NCBI RefSeq assembly: GCF_009914755.1
Contig: NC_060934.1
Direction: 5' to 3' (one strand)
Length of the DNA: 64,000 nucleotides
Source: the human T2T-CHM13v2.0 reference genome, Homo sapiens
Shown: in pieces, positions 12,380-24,648 of the stretch
Numbering within the stretch: the first letter of the stretch is position 1
Layout: the number at the start of each line of letters is the position of its first letter
Position numbers and translations under genes: made by a program
The notes under the pieces: model-generated
Told to the model about the DNA's origin: nothing
Database searches by the model: none
Seen by the model: the letters and a program-made list of their open reading frames with translations, nothing else

Positions 12380-13420
12380 ACAGTCCGATTTTCAGTGGGG
12401 TCCCACACAGATGGGACGTGCCTTAGAAGGAATCCTGGGCTGCGGGCCTTCCTTGGCCCAGTGGCCAGATTTCCAGCACGTGTAGCAAGCTCCTGTGGGA
12501 GGAGGTTCTGGAGGAATGGCTGGCCGCTGCGGTTCAGGCGTTTGGAAGTTCCTGTGTGCTGGAGATGTGGCTGGGGTTTGTCTCACAGTGGAGGCAAGGA
12601 ATTGCAACTTTTTTCTATTATCGTACACCTTGAAGGTGAGGTTAATTAAATCCTGTTGTGGGGTTTGAGGGCTGGAATTTAATTTTTGGAGTTTTATTTA
12701 ATGTCGGGAGCAGATTGGGTAATAAAATGTATTTTGAGAATAAGACGGCCTTTTGACCTTTTAGGGTCTAGGGCTGTAAAGTGTCTCAGGGTTGCTGCCA
12801 AACAAGTCATGAACTGGGCTGGATTTTTATATTTGATGAAAAAGAGCCTAAACACTATCTGATTTGTGATAAAGAAAAAGGAGCATTAACGTTGACTATG
12901 CCTTTGGCTCCAGCCACCTTTTTAAGAGTAAATTGCTGGGCAGGTGGGGGAGGGCTAGTCATGGAACGAAACTGTAAGCCCGACCAGGTGTGAGGAGGGG
13001 AGGCGATAAAAAGATTATAGGGTGGAGGAGCGGAGGCTGAGGAAGAATTGGGACCTAGCTCGGCCTGGCGAGGAGGGGAGAGGTCAGATTGGTCTGTAGA
13101 AAAGGAAGATTAGAAAGACTCAGCGACTCTTGGGATTGGGACTGAGGGGACAGGTGGGAGGGAAAGAAGATTTGGGACGAGTTGCACGGGGCACAGAGAC
13201 TAGGAAGGGACTGATGTGTAAAAGAATGCCTGGACTTCAGGCACCTCAGACCGTTTGCCTATTTTACGACAAGAATTATTTAGATCTTGCAGGATGGAAA
13301 AATTCAAAGTGCCATTTTCTGGCTATTTGGAACTACTGTCAAGTTTGTACTGGGGTCAAGTGGTATTGCAGAAGAAAATAAGGCATTTAGGTTTTAGGTC
13401 AGGTGTGAGTTGAAGAGGTT
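12380..13420 (-). pseudogene. gag: HERV-H gag remnant
   Basis: Nucleocapsid knuckles CYTCWKSGHWAKEG and PICVGPH; matrix-like LKPKCLIFFCNT; frames are broken. Confidence 0.85.
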
Positions 13421-13574
13421 TTAAGTTTTTGAGAACACAGGCCAAGGGAGTAGAAGGAGGAATGGAGGGTGGAAGGTTGCCTATAGTGAAGGAAGCAAGC
13501 CTAGATAAAAGAGAGAGTAGAGAAATGGAGGGAAGGGGTTCGGGGGTTCTTACCTTCCAGAAAAGTGGGAAAAG

Positions 13575-13941
13575 GTGTTGGGGCACAGAGATAAGAGGTC
13601 GGGGCACGGAAATAAGGGATGGGGTGTAGAAATAAGGGGTCGGGGCACAGAAATAAGGGATTGGGGTGCAGAGATATGAGGTTGGGGTGCAGAAATAAGG
13701 GATTGGGGGTTCTTGCCCCTAGGAAAGCGGGACTTGCCGCTAAGGGTGAAAGAGAAGGGGTTGAGGGGTACTTGCCCCTGCCCCAGGAAAGCGGGACTTG
13801 CCACTAAGGATGAAGGAGAAGGGGTTGAGGGGTACTTGCCCCTGCCCCAGGAAAGTAGAGAAGGGGTAGAGACAAGGAGAGAAGGGGTTGGGGTACTTGC
13901 CCCTTCCCCAGAAAAGCAGGATTTGCTGCTAAGGGTGAAGG
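13575..13941. repeat. Tandem repeats in the HERV-H leader
   Basis: About six ~21-bp ggggcacagaaataaggg-type units, then about four ~57-bp cttgcccctgccccaggaaagcgggacttgcc-type units. Confidence 0.85.
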
Positions 13942-13978
13942 ACCAAGGCAGGCGTCCCTGCGTGGTCTGACACCTTTG

Positions 13979-14479
13979 TTTTTTTTTCTTTTTTTTTTTC
14001 TTTTTCTTTTTTTTGTTAATATTATACTTTAAGTTTTAGGGTACATGTGCACAATGTGCAGGTTAGTTACATATGTATACATGTGCCATGCTGGGGTGCT
14101 GCACCCATTAACTCGTCATTTAGCATTAGGTATATCTCCTAATGCTATCCCTCCCCCCTCCCCCCACCCCACAACAGTCCCCAGAGTGTGATGTTCCCCT
14201 TCCTGTGTCCATGTGTTCTCACTGTTCAATTCCCACCTATGAGTGAGAACATGCGGTGTTTGGTTTTTTGTCCTTGCGATAGTTTACTGAGAATGATGAT
14301 TTCCAATTTCATCCATGTCCCTACAAAGGACATGAACTCATCATTGTTTATGGCTGCATAGTATTCCATGGTGTATATGTGCCACATTTTCTTAATCCGG
14401 TCTATCATTGTTGGACATTTGGGTTGGTTCCAAGTCTTTGCTATTGTGAATGGTGCCGCAATAAACATACGTATGCATA
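13979..14479 (-). mobile_element. 5'-truncated young L1 (L1PA3-like) inserted in HERV-H
   Basis: Poly(T) tract; ORF2p C-terminus KTWNQPKCP...MFSLIGGN; 3'UTR gctaaatgacGAGttaatggg (not L1HS ACA); perfect 15-bp TSD ggtctgacacctttg at 13964-13978 and 14480-14494. Confidence 0.96.
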
Positions 14480-14731
14480 GGTCTGACACCTTTGAAACGT
14501 GGGTGAATAATCAGAGAGGTGTCCCTGCAATGATTAAACGCCAAGGGAAGGCTGCCTTCCCAGTCTGTGACCGGCGCCGGAGTTTTGGGTGCACAGATAA
14601 AACGTGTCTCCTTTGTCTCTCCCAGAAAATGAAAGGAATTGAAATTAAGAGAAGGGAGAGATTGAAGAGTGGAAAGAAGAAAGTGGTTGAGGGACAGTGA
14701 GAGAGGTTGGAGAAGAGAGTAAGAAGATGCC

Positions 14732-14740
14732 GCTTACCTG
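14732..14740 (-). promoter_or_regulatory. HERV-H major splice donor (CAG/GTAAGC)
   Basis: Near-consensus donor ~145 nt downstream of the 5' LTR, the usual HERV-H position. Confidence 0.8.
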
Positions 14741-14863
14741 ATTTAAAATTGGTGAGATGTTCCTTGGGCTGGTGGGTCTGAGGACCTGAGGTCGTAGGTG
14801 GATCTTTCTCACGGAGCAAAGAACAGGAGGACAGGGGATTGATCTCACAAGGGAGGTCCTCCG

Positions 14864-14881
14864 ATCCGAGTCACGGCACCA
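14864..14881 (-). other. Primer-binding site complementary to tRNA-His
   Basis: TGGTGCCGTGACTCGGAT just downstream of the 5' LTR. Confidence 0.96.
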
Positions 14882-14883
14882 AA

Positions 14884-15336
14884 TTTCATGTGTGTCCATG
14901 TGAAGAGACCACCAAACAGGCTTTGTGTGAGCAACATGGCTGTTTATTTCACCTGGGTGCAGGCGGGCTGCGTCCGAAAAGAGAGTCAGCAAAGGGAGAT
15001 AAGGGTGGGGCCGCTTTATAGGATTTGGGTAGGTAAAGGAAAATTACAGTCAAAGGGGGTTTGTTCTCTGGCGGGCAGGAGTGGGGGTCGCAAGGTGCTC
15101 AGTGGGGGTGCTTTTTGAGCCAGGATGAGCCAGGAAAAGGACTTTCACAAGGTAATGTCATCACTTAAGGCAAGGACTGGCCATTTTCACTTCTTTTGTG
15201 GTGGAATGTCATCAGTTAAGGTGGGACAGGGCATATTCACTTCTTTTGTGATTCTTCAGTTACTTCAGGCCATCAGGGCATATTCGTGCAAGTCACAGGG
15301 GATGCGATGGCTTGGCTTGGGCTCAGAGGCCTGACA
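14884..15336 (-). promoter_or_regulatory. HERV-H 5' LTR (LTR7, 7up-like) promoter/enhancer
   Basis: 453 bp; 15 substitutions versus the 3' LTR by manual count; TATAAA retained; two ACAAAAGA motifs in U3. Confidence 0.95.
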
Positions 15337-17469
15337 CTCCCCATTTAGAAAGTAGTGACTTGCTGTTTGGGGTAAGTTTCTCTACCCTATATTCAGGCAT
15401 GACCTATAATTTTAGTTTTTGGTTTGTTCCCCACTAGCCCCTCATAATACCAGCTTGCAGCCTGAGTAGGTTACCCTGGATCTCTGAGTTAGAAGACATA
15501 CAATTTTTACACTGCCCCACGTCCTCACCTTTGGCCCTTCTCAAGGAGTCTGTAATCATGGGAAAAGGGCAAATGAATTTCAGGATGGAAGAGTTTTCTG
15601 CTTACAGAGCTCAGGCCTGTATAACTGCCCAGGGGAATGGTTGGGCAGTCAGGGAATGGTATTGAAGATTCTGCATGCCAGGAGAATAAAGAGGAAAAGA
15701 AGGGGAGATTATAAAGCAAATAAGATAGGCACAAACATAAACTTGGCCTTCCTCAGGGTATTTTTGTGGAGTTCTGATTATGTTGCTTTCTAAGTTGTTC
15801 TGGCCAACAAAGAATGAGGGTATAGTGTCTTCTGAGAGATAAGAAGGCATTAGCAAAACATCTGCATTTGCATATGGACACACATCTCAATCACTTCCTC
15901 TTTCCTAGGGAAGCACCTTATTCTCCAGATATATCTTCTAGGCCTGGTCCTGATTGGGTCTGCAGTTTCAGTGCTGCAGGTCATGATGCTATGGGCCTTG
16001 CCTAGAGCCTGAGGTGTGGGACACCACTATCCCATGGGATTTAATTTTGCTCAAAGCCCTTTAACACCAGTTTCTGGCCAAGGCTTTACTGGCTGTCTGT
16101 GATTATAACCAACTATTTTCTGGCTTTGAGAACCTCACATAACCTCGCTAGTAATTCATAACTGGCATAGAATTTTGAGTCTAGCATTAGAATTTAATAC
16201 AAGGGCCAATTAGAAAAAATGTTGCATTGCCCCTCACAGTTCATGCTTCAATAAAGTCCAAAAGGAAAACCATAGATTGTGATTATTTAATATTGTTTTG
16301 GTACATGGTCTACTCCAAGGCAAAACAAAATGCAATTTATTCCATACACTGAGAAATAAGGTAAAGCATGTTGTAATTTTATCAGAATTTTGTAGGGGAC
16401 AAGATAATTTAAAGAAAATGTTTTCTTCTGGTCAAAGTCACCTTTTTTCCCTATATGTACTTTGAACTATGTAACTGATAGCATTCTCATTCTTTCAAGC
16501 AATATAGGGAAGAAATAGTGGATTTAAAATTTTCCCTTTTGAAGAACAGTCCAATCAAAAGAATGTTGCATTGATAACACTGAAATCACTTGGAATAATA
16601 AATGCAAAATGCTGTAAATGTAATGTGGTATGATTATGCAAGAAAAAAATAAGACAGTTAAAGAAGTTCTATCTTTCTGTAAGAAATTTTCAAAGGATGT
16701 TTCAAAGGCAGAATTATAATCTTCGGTGTAAGGGGGTAGTGATAACCGACATGTCATGCCTCCAGAACCTATTCTGCTTTGTTTTTGCTTCTGTCAAAAC
16801 ACAGTCTGTCATTGAGATTGAATTAAGATTTCATCTCCTCCTCTAATTATCTATTCATTTATTTAAAGAGGAGTCAGGAGGCTAGCCGAACATTAAAAGC
16901 TGACTGTGACCTCCTAAAAAGATGAGTCAGGAAATAAACTGGGGAGCACCATGAATCATGGCAGAAATATATTGACTGGGGAAATATAAGCTGCTCTTGC
17001 TCAGACGCTGAAAACACCAAGCCCTTATCTTTTATGGTTGGTGCCACGGTTTCTCAAATACAGTCTGATGGATCTGGGAGAGCAGAACTCTTAGCGGAAG
17101 TTATTTCTTTCCTTGTTATGGATCCAGAATTCTCTTGGGCATAAACTACTTTCCTTCTTGGCTGGTGACCTCAGGCAATTATGAGGACTTGAGGATGATG
17201 GAGCTGGGGTATCTGTCAACTCACCGGTTGCCAGAGTCCATGTGACTAATATGGCTGGCTTGATGTTCTCTTCCTCACTCATCACATAGTGAGGAATCCT
17301 CCTGAAATTCCGTGCCTGGTCAGAGAGAATGATGTTCCCTAGTAGAGAAGAACTGTTCTTCAATCAAAAGTAAGCTGTCACAGAACTCCCCTGCAAGAAC
17401 CTTTGTACCAGTTAAACTATTACTGGCGAATTTAAGCAGAAAATGAGGATTATTATAAGGGTAGTGGGC

Positions 17470-18930
17470 ATATTTTTAGAAGAAAATGTAAAAAAAAAAT
17501 TATGACCTTGGTAATGATGAGGAAACATTTCTTACACAAGATGAAAAGCACAATCTATGCAAGAAAACTGATAAATATGGCTACATTAAAATATAATTAA
17601 AATCTATGCATCAAAAGACACTGGAGACAAAGTAAAAGCACCTAGGGAAAATATTTGCAAAACAAGTATATTTTTCATCTCATGTATTGTAATTTTCACC
17701 TCTAGAATTTCAATAAGGATATTTTTATATCTTCCATATTTATAATGTTCAATCTTTCCTCTAGCTTTTTGAACATATGGAATATAGTTATAATAATTTT
17801 TAAGTGCTTGTCTGATAATTGAAACATTTATACATCTGAGTCAGTTTCAATTGTTAATTTTTATTCTTGTTGAGGGCTACTATATTTTCCTGATAAGCTT
17901 TGATAGGAATGGCAGACATTGCAAATTTTACCTTGTTAGGCATTGAATACTTTTGTATTCTTGTTGGAAATAGTTTGATTGCTTGGGGCAATACTTTTAT
18001 TGTTTTCAGGTCGGCCATAACTACATTTATTGTAGGGATAATTAAATTCATTGCTGAGGTATGTGCCTTCTGACTACCAAATTTCCTCTGAATTATAATG
18101 TTTTACAGTTTGGCTGGTGGGAACAGAGTAGGGGGGCAAGGCGGAGAGTAGGTTTGGAGGAATGAACAGAAGGTATCTAAGAGGCATCCATTGGAGATTC
18201 TGAGACAGGAATGGCTGGGATGGAACCTAGGAGTTTGTACTTTTAACCGTAAACCAAATGATGTTTACCAAGCTTGAGAAACACTGTTCAAGGGTAAATG
18301 GCTAGAAGTGAAATTGCTTGATCATAGTGTGTGTGAGTTATTGATTTTTAAGCTAAATTATTTTGCGTTGTGACCATGTCAATTTAATCTACAACCTGCC
18401 GTATAGAAAAACAACTAATGTCCTCCTCAATCTCACCAAATACTTGATATTGTTAAACTTTTCAAAATTTGCTAACTTAATTAGTAAAACATGAAATATT
18501 TTTTGTTGTATTATTATTGATATTTATCTGATTTCCAAGAAGATGAATATATTTTCATATATTTGTCATTTCAATATCCCTTTTTAAATTTTTAGTGATC
18601 TTTACCCATTTTCTATTGTATTGTTTTTCTTTTTCTTATTAATTGGCCAGAATTCTTTATATATTCTGGATACAATCTTATGTCTAATATATGCTGCAAA
18701 TACCTTTTCCTAGTCTGTGGCTTATTTTTTTCACCCCGTGTATGTTGTTTTTTTGCCATATGAGATTTGAAAATTTTTATGTGGTAAAAATTTTAATTTT
18801 TTATTAATTTGTGCTTTGTATTGTTTCTGACTTTTTCTATCAAAAGTTCATTAATATATGTTCTTTACTTTCTTCTAGCAATTTTGTAGTTTTATTTTTT
18901 ATACTTAATATATTTGGAATTTGAATTTTT
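17470..18930. mobile_element. Cluster of highly decayed L1M fragments in both orientations plus a MER5-like piece near 18190-18290
   Basis: L1 ORF2-like text such as ctacattaaaat...catcaaaagacac and ctttatatattctggatac. Confidence 0.6.
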
Positions 18931-19455
18931 TCCTCCAAGCATAACAATATACAAAATGCCTATAAAATTATACTAAATTACACTGTGTATAAGTTAGTAT
19001 ATCTTGGATTTAAAATTCATTTAAATAAATTACATTTTTCTTAGGGCCAACATGAATGAATTGTTAGACAGTAGATATTTGAAAGTGCCAATACAGAGAA
19101 TTTTGAAAGAAAGGAGATTTCAGCTTTGGCAATCTTTGATTAAAATAGAGTATTGCACAAAGGGCAAAGAAAGTAAAAACACTAGTCTAATTAGTATTAA
19201 TAATGAAAAAATATTTCTCAGTGTAACATTATTACCATGTATTCTTGTAAGAACATTAATTTAAAACATGTTCAAGTTTAGCCATTTGGCTAATAACCAA
19301 CCTGTTATTTCTGTTAGAAGTAATGGCAAGAGGGTGCTTTTAAGAGATGGAAAATAATATGAAGATAATATTTTTGAAATCTTGTTCAAAAGGTGGCCTG
19401 AGTACATATATCTACCTCAAATATCCCCAAATTTCTTCTGAAACAAGAGAAATTA

Positions 19456-19823
<368 letters not shown>

Positions 19824-20419
19824 CTAGCAGCCAGAAAATTTTGAGAAAATCATGGAAATATATGAAATAGTTGTAATCAGATTAATGGGATTAAAAAAGA
19901 TCAGACGATGCCTACTTTCCCTTAAACAGAGGCTTAGACACTCCTTCCCTGAGGAGCACCCATAAATAAAGCTCCAAACTTGAAGTCAGAAAAGTGCTGG
20001 TAATTATTTAGAGACCCACAGTGTGAAGGGCCAGACCAGTAAGGCCTTTCACCTACCCTCTACCTCCTACCTCCTAGCAGAGGCCTCTAGGACAAGGCCT
20101 TATTATTAACTTAACTAGGCAAAAAGTTAAAGCTCCAGGCTTATTCTCTAAAAAATTGGTTAGTCAGCCTGAGGAGTATTTCTAGAGTGGATATTATGGC
20201 CTGAGAGAAAAACAAACAAACAAAAAACACTTGAGGAAATTTAAGAGCTACATATCAGAAATTAAATTTTTTTAAAAGCCGATTTTTTTTTCAAAAGTGA
20301 AATACTTTAAATTTTTCTACTACAGAGTAAAATGCTCCTTGCATTGGCAGTTTTGGGATCCAGTCTGTTTTCTCCATGCCTGTTGATATGCCCTGCCACT
20401 CACAGTTCACAATGAGCCA

Positions 20420-20750
20420 ATCATTCATTCAACAAACATGACTTGAGTGATTGTCAGGCACAGAGCAGGAAATGAGATGAACATGTCCCTGCCCCCATTG
20501 TGCTAATACTTTAGAGGTGAAAGACACACAATAATCAACCAAGTATATAACATAGAACAAGCCAGTATATAACATAGAAATTCAAATTCGGAGAACTGCT
20601 AAGATGAAAATAATCAGGAAAATGTGTGAGGTAGTAGGGGGCTACTTCAAATTGCACATCAGAACAGGCCTTTCTGAACTAAGATCTGCAGCAGGAAAAG
20701 AAATCACTTATGAGAAAAGCAGGGTGACAGAGCATCCTGCACAGTGGGAG
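20420..20750 (-). mobile_element. L2 3' fragment
   Basis: tcattcattcaacaaacat...gtcaggcac...gtccctgccc. Confidence 0.65.
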
Positions 20751-21744
20751 AGAACACAGCTAACCAGCACTCCTGTTTTTAGGGTTGCTGATAATTGATT
20801 GCAGAACTTCACACTGATATATAAGTAAGCATTTATGTAGTTTTGTGTATGTGCATGTTTTTGCCACAAAATTACAAAAACGAAAAGAAAAAGAAACAGA
20901 CCTAGATGAGTGGAAGGGAAAAGGTTTCTAGTGGACTTCTGTTTGTTTGCCAGCTTTTCTTTCTGCCCCCTTTTGCTTTTCCCTTTGGGGAACTCTCACT
21001 CTCCCACTCATTGGTTCATGGTAGAATTGTTGACCACAATGTCTTCTGCCCCTGTGAAGAAGTGAATATACGGCCCAAATAAATGCTTTCTCTAGGAGTT
21101 TGAATCTTAAGTGGAGTGACTTAATGAGAAAAGTGTTGGGAGTTGTGTCATTTTGAAGGAAGCTCCCTAAACAGACTGCACATTGCTTTCTGTTCTCTGT
21201 CTTCTCCACTCACCTGCCCCCAGCTGCCTGGTACTTTTCTTTCAGAGGCAATTCTCTGTTTTCAATTCTGTATGTCACTCAAAATCGTTCCAGTGAATTC
21301 CTTCCCCTTATCAGCTCAGGTTATACAGAGTCGATTTCTGTTCTTCACAACCAAATTATGCTAACTTGACAGAAAACCAGTGCAGGCACCCACAGTAATC
21401 AACCTAGCTCTTCAATCATAAAAGGAACTGACAACCAAAGATCACACAATATTTGGAGAAAACAGCAGAAAAGATAATAACCAAGATGAACAAACAGAAA
21501 AACTGACCTCTGAGTTAACAGAAGCATAAAGGACAAAGTTATGATTATGAAACCTAAATAAAGATTATAAACCTTGACCAAGAAAAAATAAATCTAATTT
21601 ATAAAACTGAGGGTAGAGAGATGAAAACAGTAGAATGAATGTGTTCAATTTCTCATCTTTCACAGTGATAAGTCAACAAACTCCTTAATAATTCAAGCCA
21701 GAGTGGTACAAACATATTATTCAAACTTTTAATAGTCAACATCA

Positions 21745-21806
21745 AAAAAAAGGAAGAAAGAAGAAAAAGAAAGAAGAAAGAAAGAAAAGAAAAAGAAAGA
21801 GAAAAA
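21745..21806. repeat. (GAAA)n-like simple repeat
   Basis: Purine-only tract. Confidence 0.85.
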
Positions 21807-22561
21807 TTAGGATGTACTTAAAGCAACTACTTCAGGATTTGAACATTAAAAAAGAGAGATTTTGAATTTTAGATTCTTCTGCATGGTTTGAGGTTTTTAA
21901 ACTTCATCTGGGTATTACTTTGATTAAAATTAATCCTACTTTAAATACAAAATAATTTGTATTATACAAATGATGCATATTATTAGTTAACACTTGCTTA
22001 TGTTTAATTTTTAAATAAGAAACTATATCCTTTAGGCTGGGGTATTTAGGACCCTCCAAATCTCATTCTTGACCAACGGCTCTCCCCCAAGGGTCTACAA
22101 CATGAAGTGTGTACACAGGAGGAAAAGCAAGGTAAACAGAAGGTAAAGGAACACTTTAGTCCTAGCTGTGTCGTATTTGACAACCCAGTGCTCAACACTG
22201 TGAACTAGTTATCTGGGCTGTGACACACCTGACAGGGACTTTATTCCTTAACCTGGGAGCCAGTCAAGCAGGCCGTGAAGCAGGCTCGGTCTGTTTTCCC
22301 CATTTATGCCAGAATCAGATCATGCACCCTAATGGAAAAGAAGTCCAATCAGAGAATTTGAGGCCTCAGAGACAGAGCCCAAGAGAGAATTTTTCTCTCC
22401 TTCCAAATTGATGCAGAGAAGGGAATATAATCCAGGGACACTGAACTACCTGTTCCTTCCATGTTGAAGCAGGCCTGAGCTCTCCCCATTTTAGTCACAT
22501 GGAAGTAAACAGGGAGAGATGGGCAAGAAAAATTCTATCCACATGTGCTGACCTTTTGACC

Positions 22562-22702
22562 CAAAGGTTCTCAGCCTGCTTATACATTGAAATCACCTGG
22601 GCAACTTGAAGACTTCTAAGACCTGGGCTGCATCCCCAGAAATTGATTTAATTGCTCTCAGGTACATCTTGGACTATGAGCATTTTAAAATTTCCCCAGG
22701 TG
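22562..22702 (+). mobile_element. MER5-type element, left part (resumes at ~24187-24231)
   Basis: ggttctcagcc...cattgaaatcacctggg...gcattttaaaatttccccaggtg; the remainder ccaggtgattctaa...tttgagaatcact lies after the L1. Confidence 0.75.
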
Positions 22703-24092
22703 GGATATGGACTAACAATTCTGAAATGACATTTTCTGTATACTGGAGTAAAAAGATCAGTAAATGGGCAATGAATGGTGGGAGTCAGGTTTCTCATTGT
22801 CGGGGGCGGGGAAGTTACAGATTAGCAAGAAGGGAAGGCTAGAATGAACCGTGTAGGCTGGATTAGAGTTTGGACATCAGTAAGAACTCATGTTTAACTA
22901 TACACACACAAACCCAAATACATACAGAAACAATTACAGATATGTGTGTGTATACAGGCTAATATACAAATATGTATTACCTAGCTCTGTGCTAAGAGCA
23001 ATGACACTTCAACAGCAATTAGCATTCCCAGTTCCCAGATCTTGGTGACTACTTATCATTTTCCAATAAAAAGAACCAGGTTTATTTGGAGAAATGGCTG
23101 ATTCTACTTCCAGGGCATGAAAAATACAAGATGAACTGGAAGCATCTTGTGCTACCAGAAACTAAGGCAGTGTAGAAAAAAAGAAAAGGATGGTATATGT
23201 CAAAGGGACACAGGAACCAACCCGAAAGAACTCCTAATGGCCAAAGCTGGAAAGATTTGAGCAATAAAATTTAAAAATATGGTACTGTGTTACAACTCAA
23301 AGTATAATATGAATACACTTAAGTCCATACTGTTATAAATAACTGAATTAATAGGGATAAAGAGACAAACATTTCTTACAGAATAATCTCAATTTATGAA
23401 CATATTTCCCTTTCCAGGAGATGGAGCTTAATTCTTCCCTCATCTTCCTTAGCGTAGGCTAGACTTTGTAACTTCATTCCAAAGAATAAAGTAGGAAAAG
23501 GGAAAAATGTAATAGTAACTTATGGTGGAGAAATCTGGAAAACATGACTTTAACAAAGTGATGAAGGTTGAAGGTTAACATCACCTGTGATACCATGTGG
23601 TCATCATGGATCCCCTGGTGTTATGTGATGAAAAAGGCACTTCACCTTCATGGTACTATTCCCGTAAACCCACAATCCCATTCTAATTATGAGAAAAACA
23701 GGCAAATCCAAGTTGAAGAACATTCTGTAAAATACTTAACTGTACTCCTTAAAGCTGTCAAGGAAAGCAAGGAAAGACTGATAACATGTTACAGACAAGC
23801 GGAGACTGAGAGACATCTAAATGCAGTGTGGTACTCCGGACTGCATCTTTGAATGGAAAAAGAGCATAATAGAAAAACTGGGGATATCTGCATAAAGTCT
23901 GGATTATAGTTAATTGTAATGTAGCATTGCTGATTTCTTAGTCCTGGCAAATACACCACAATAAAATAAGATGATAACATGAGGGAAAACTGGGTGAGGG
24001 ATATATCGGAAATCTGCATTATTTCTGCTGCAACCTTTCTATATATCTAAAATTACTTCAAAATAAAAGTTTATTTAAACAAAAACAACAAA
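22703..24092 (+). mobile_element. L1MC/L1MD 3' UTR insertion
   Basis: ggaaggctagaatgaacc, ttggagaaatggctgattcta, gggaaaactgggtgagggatata...ctaaaattacttcaaaataaaagttt. Confidence 0.85.
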
Positions 24093-24648
24093 TCAAGCAG
24101 ATCAAATATTGGGCAAGAATTCCCAGGACAGAAGTAGAGAAGTTCAAAATGATCTAAGTAAAATAAAGCTCTCATAATACGTGAAGAAACTTCCCAGGTG
24201 ATTCTAATTACAATCAAATTTGAGAATCACTTTTTAAATCCTTTGAAATCTTTGTTTCTAGAACATGAGACCAAGTAGCAGTCTTTGATTTTGACCGGAG
24301 GTCTCCCCTCCTGTTGAGGTAGAGAGAAGAGGAAATTTGAAAGCAAGGTTTTTAAACTATTCACCACAGAGGCCAGGGATCTGTATCAGGGTTGTGGGGA
24401 AATATAGAGGATTGTGGATATTTAATTGTTCTTAATTTTCACTAAACAGGCTTTTCAGGCATATTTAGGAAAACAAGGGAAAACTCAGAATTAAATCAGC
24501 ACTGTCTTGTAGTGGGAAACAGTGTTAATAGTTAGGAGATGTTCATTTCAGCAATTTAAGTAGGTTCTAGATAACCAGAATTCAGGGACATCCTAGGCAT
24601 ATACACTTGGTCAGTGTTTTCTTGTCTTGGTGCATGTAGGCATTCAAT

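Larger units (their letters stand above)
8998..15336 (-). mobile_element. HERV-H provirus (LTR7-internal-LTR7) with pol/env deletions
   Basis: Two 453-bp direct repeats, 5-bp TSD ctccc (8993-8997 and 15337-15341), His-tRNA PBS, polypurine tract, gag/pro/pol remnants. Confidence 0.98.

Noticed and set aside
13575-13710. Regularly spaced short repeats resembling a CRISPR array
   Set aside because: Degenerate tandem units without unique spacers, inside a HERV-H leader in eukaryotic DNA.
14226-14489. Clean 87-aa ORF that could be a HERV-H/L1 fusion protein
   Set aside because: It is just the ORF2p C-terminus of the truncated L1, opened by a GTG codon in the TSD; nothing supports translation.
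14864-14881. Match to the tRNA-His 3' end including CCA
   Set aside because: It is the retroviral primer-binding site, not a tRNA gene.
20542-20580. Direct repeat agtatataacatagaa (a similar case, attacacaatgtttttg, is at ~45895-45931)
   Set aside because: Ordinary short tandem duplications from slippage or repair.
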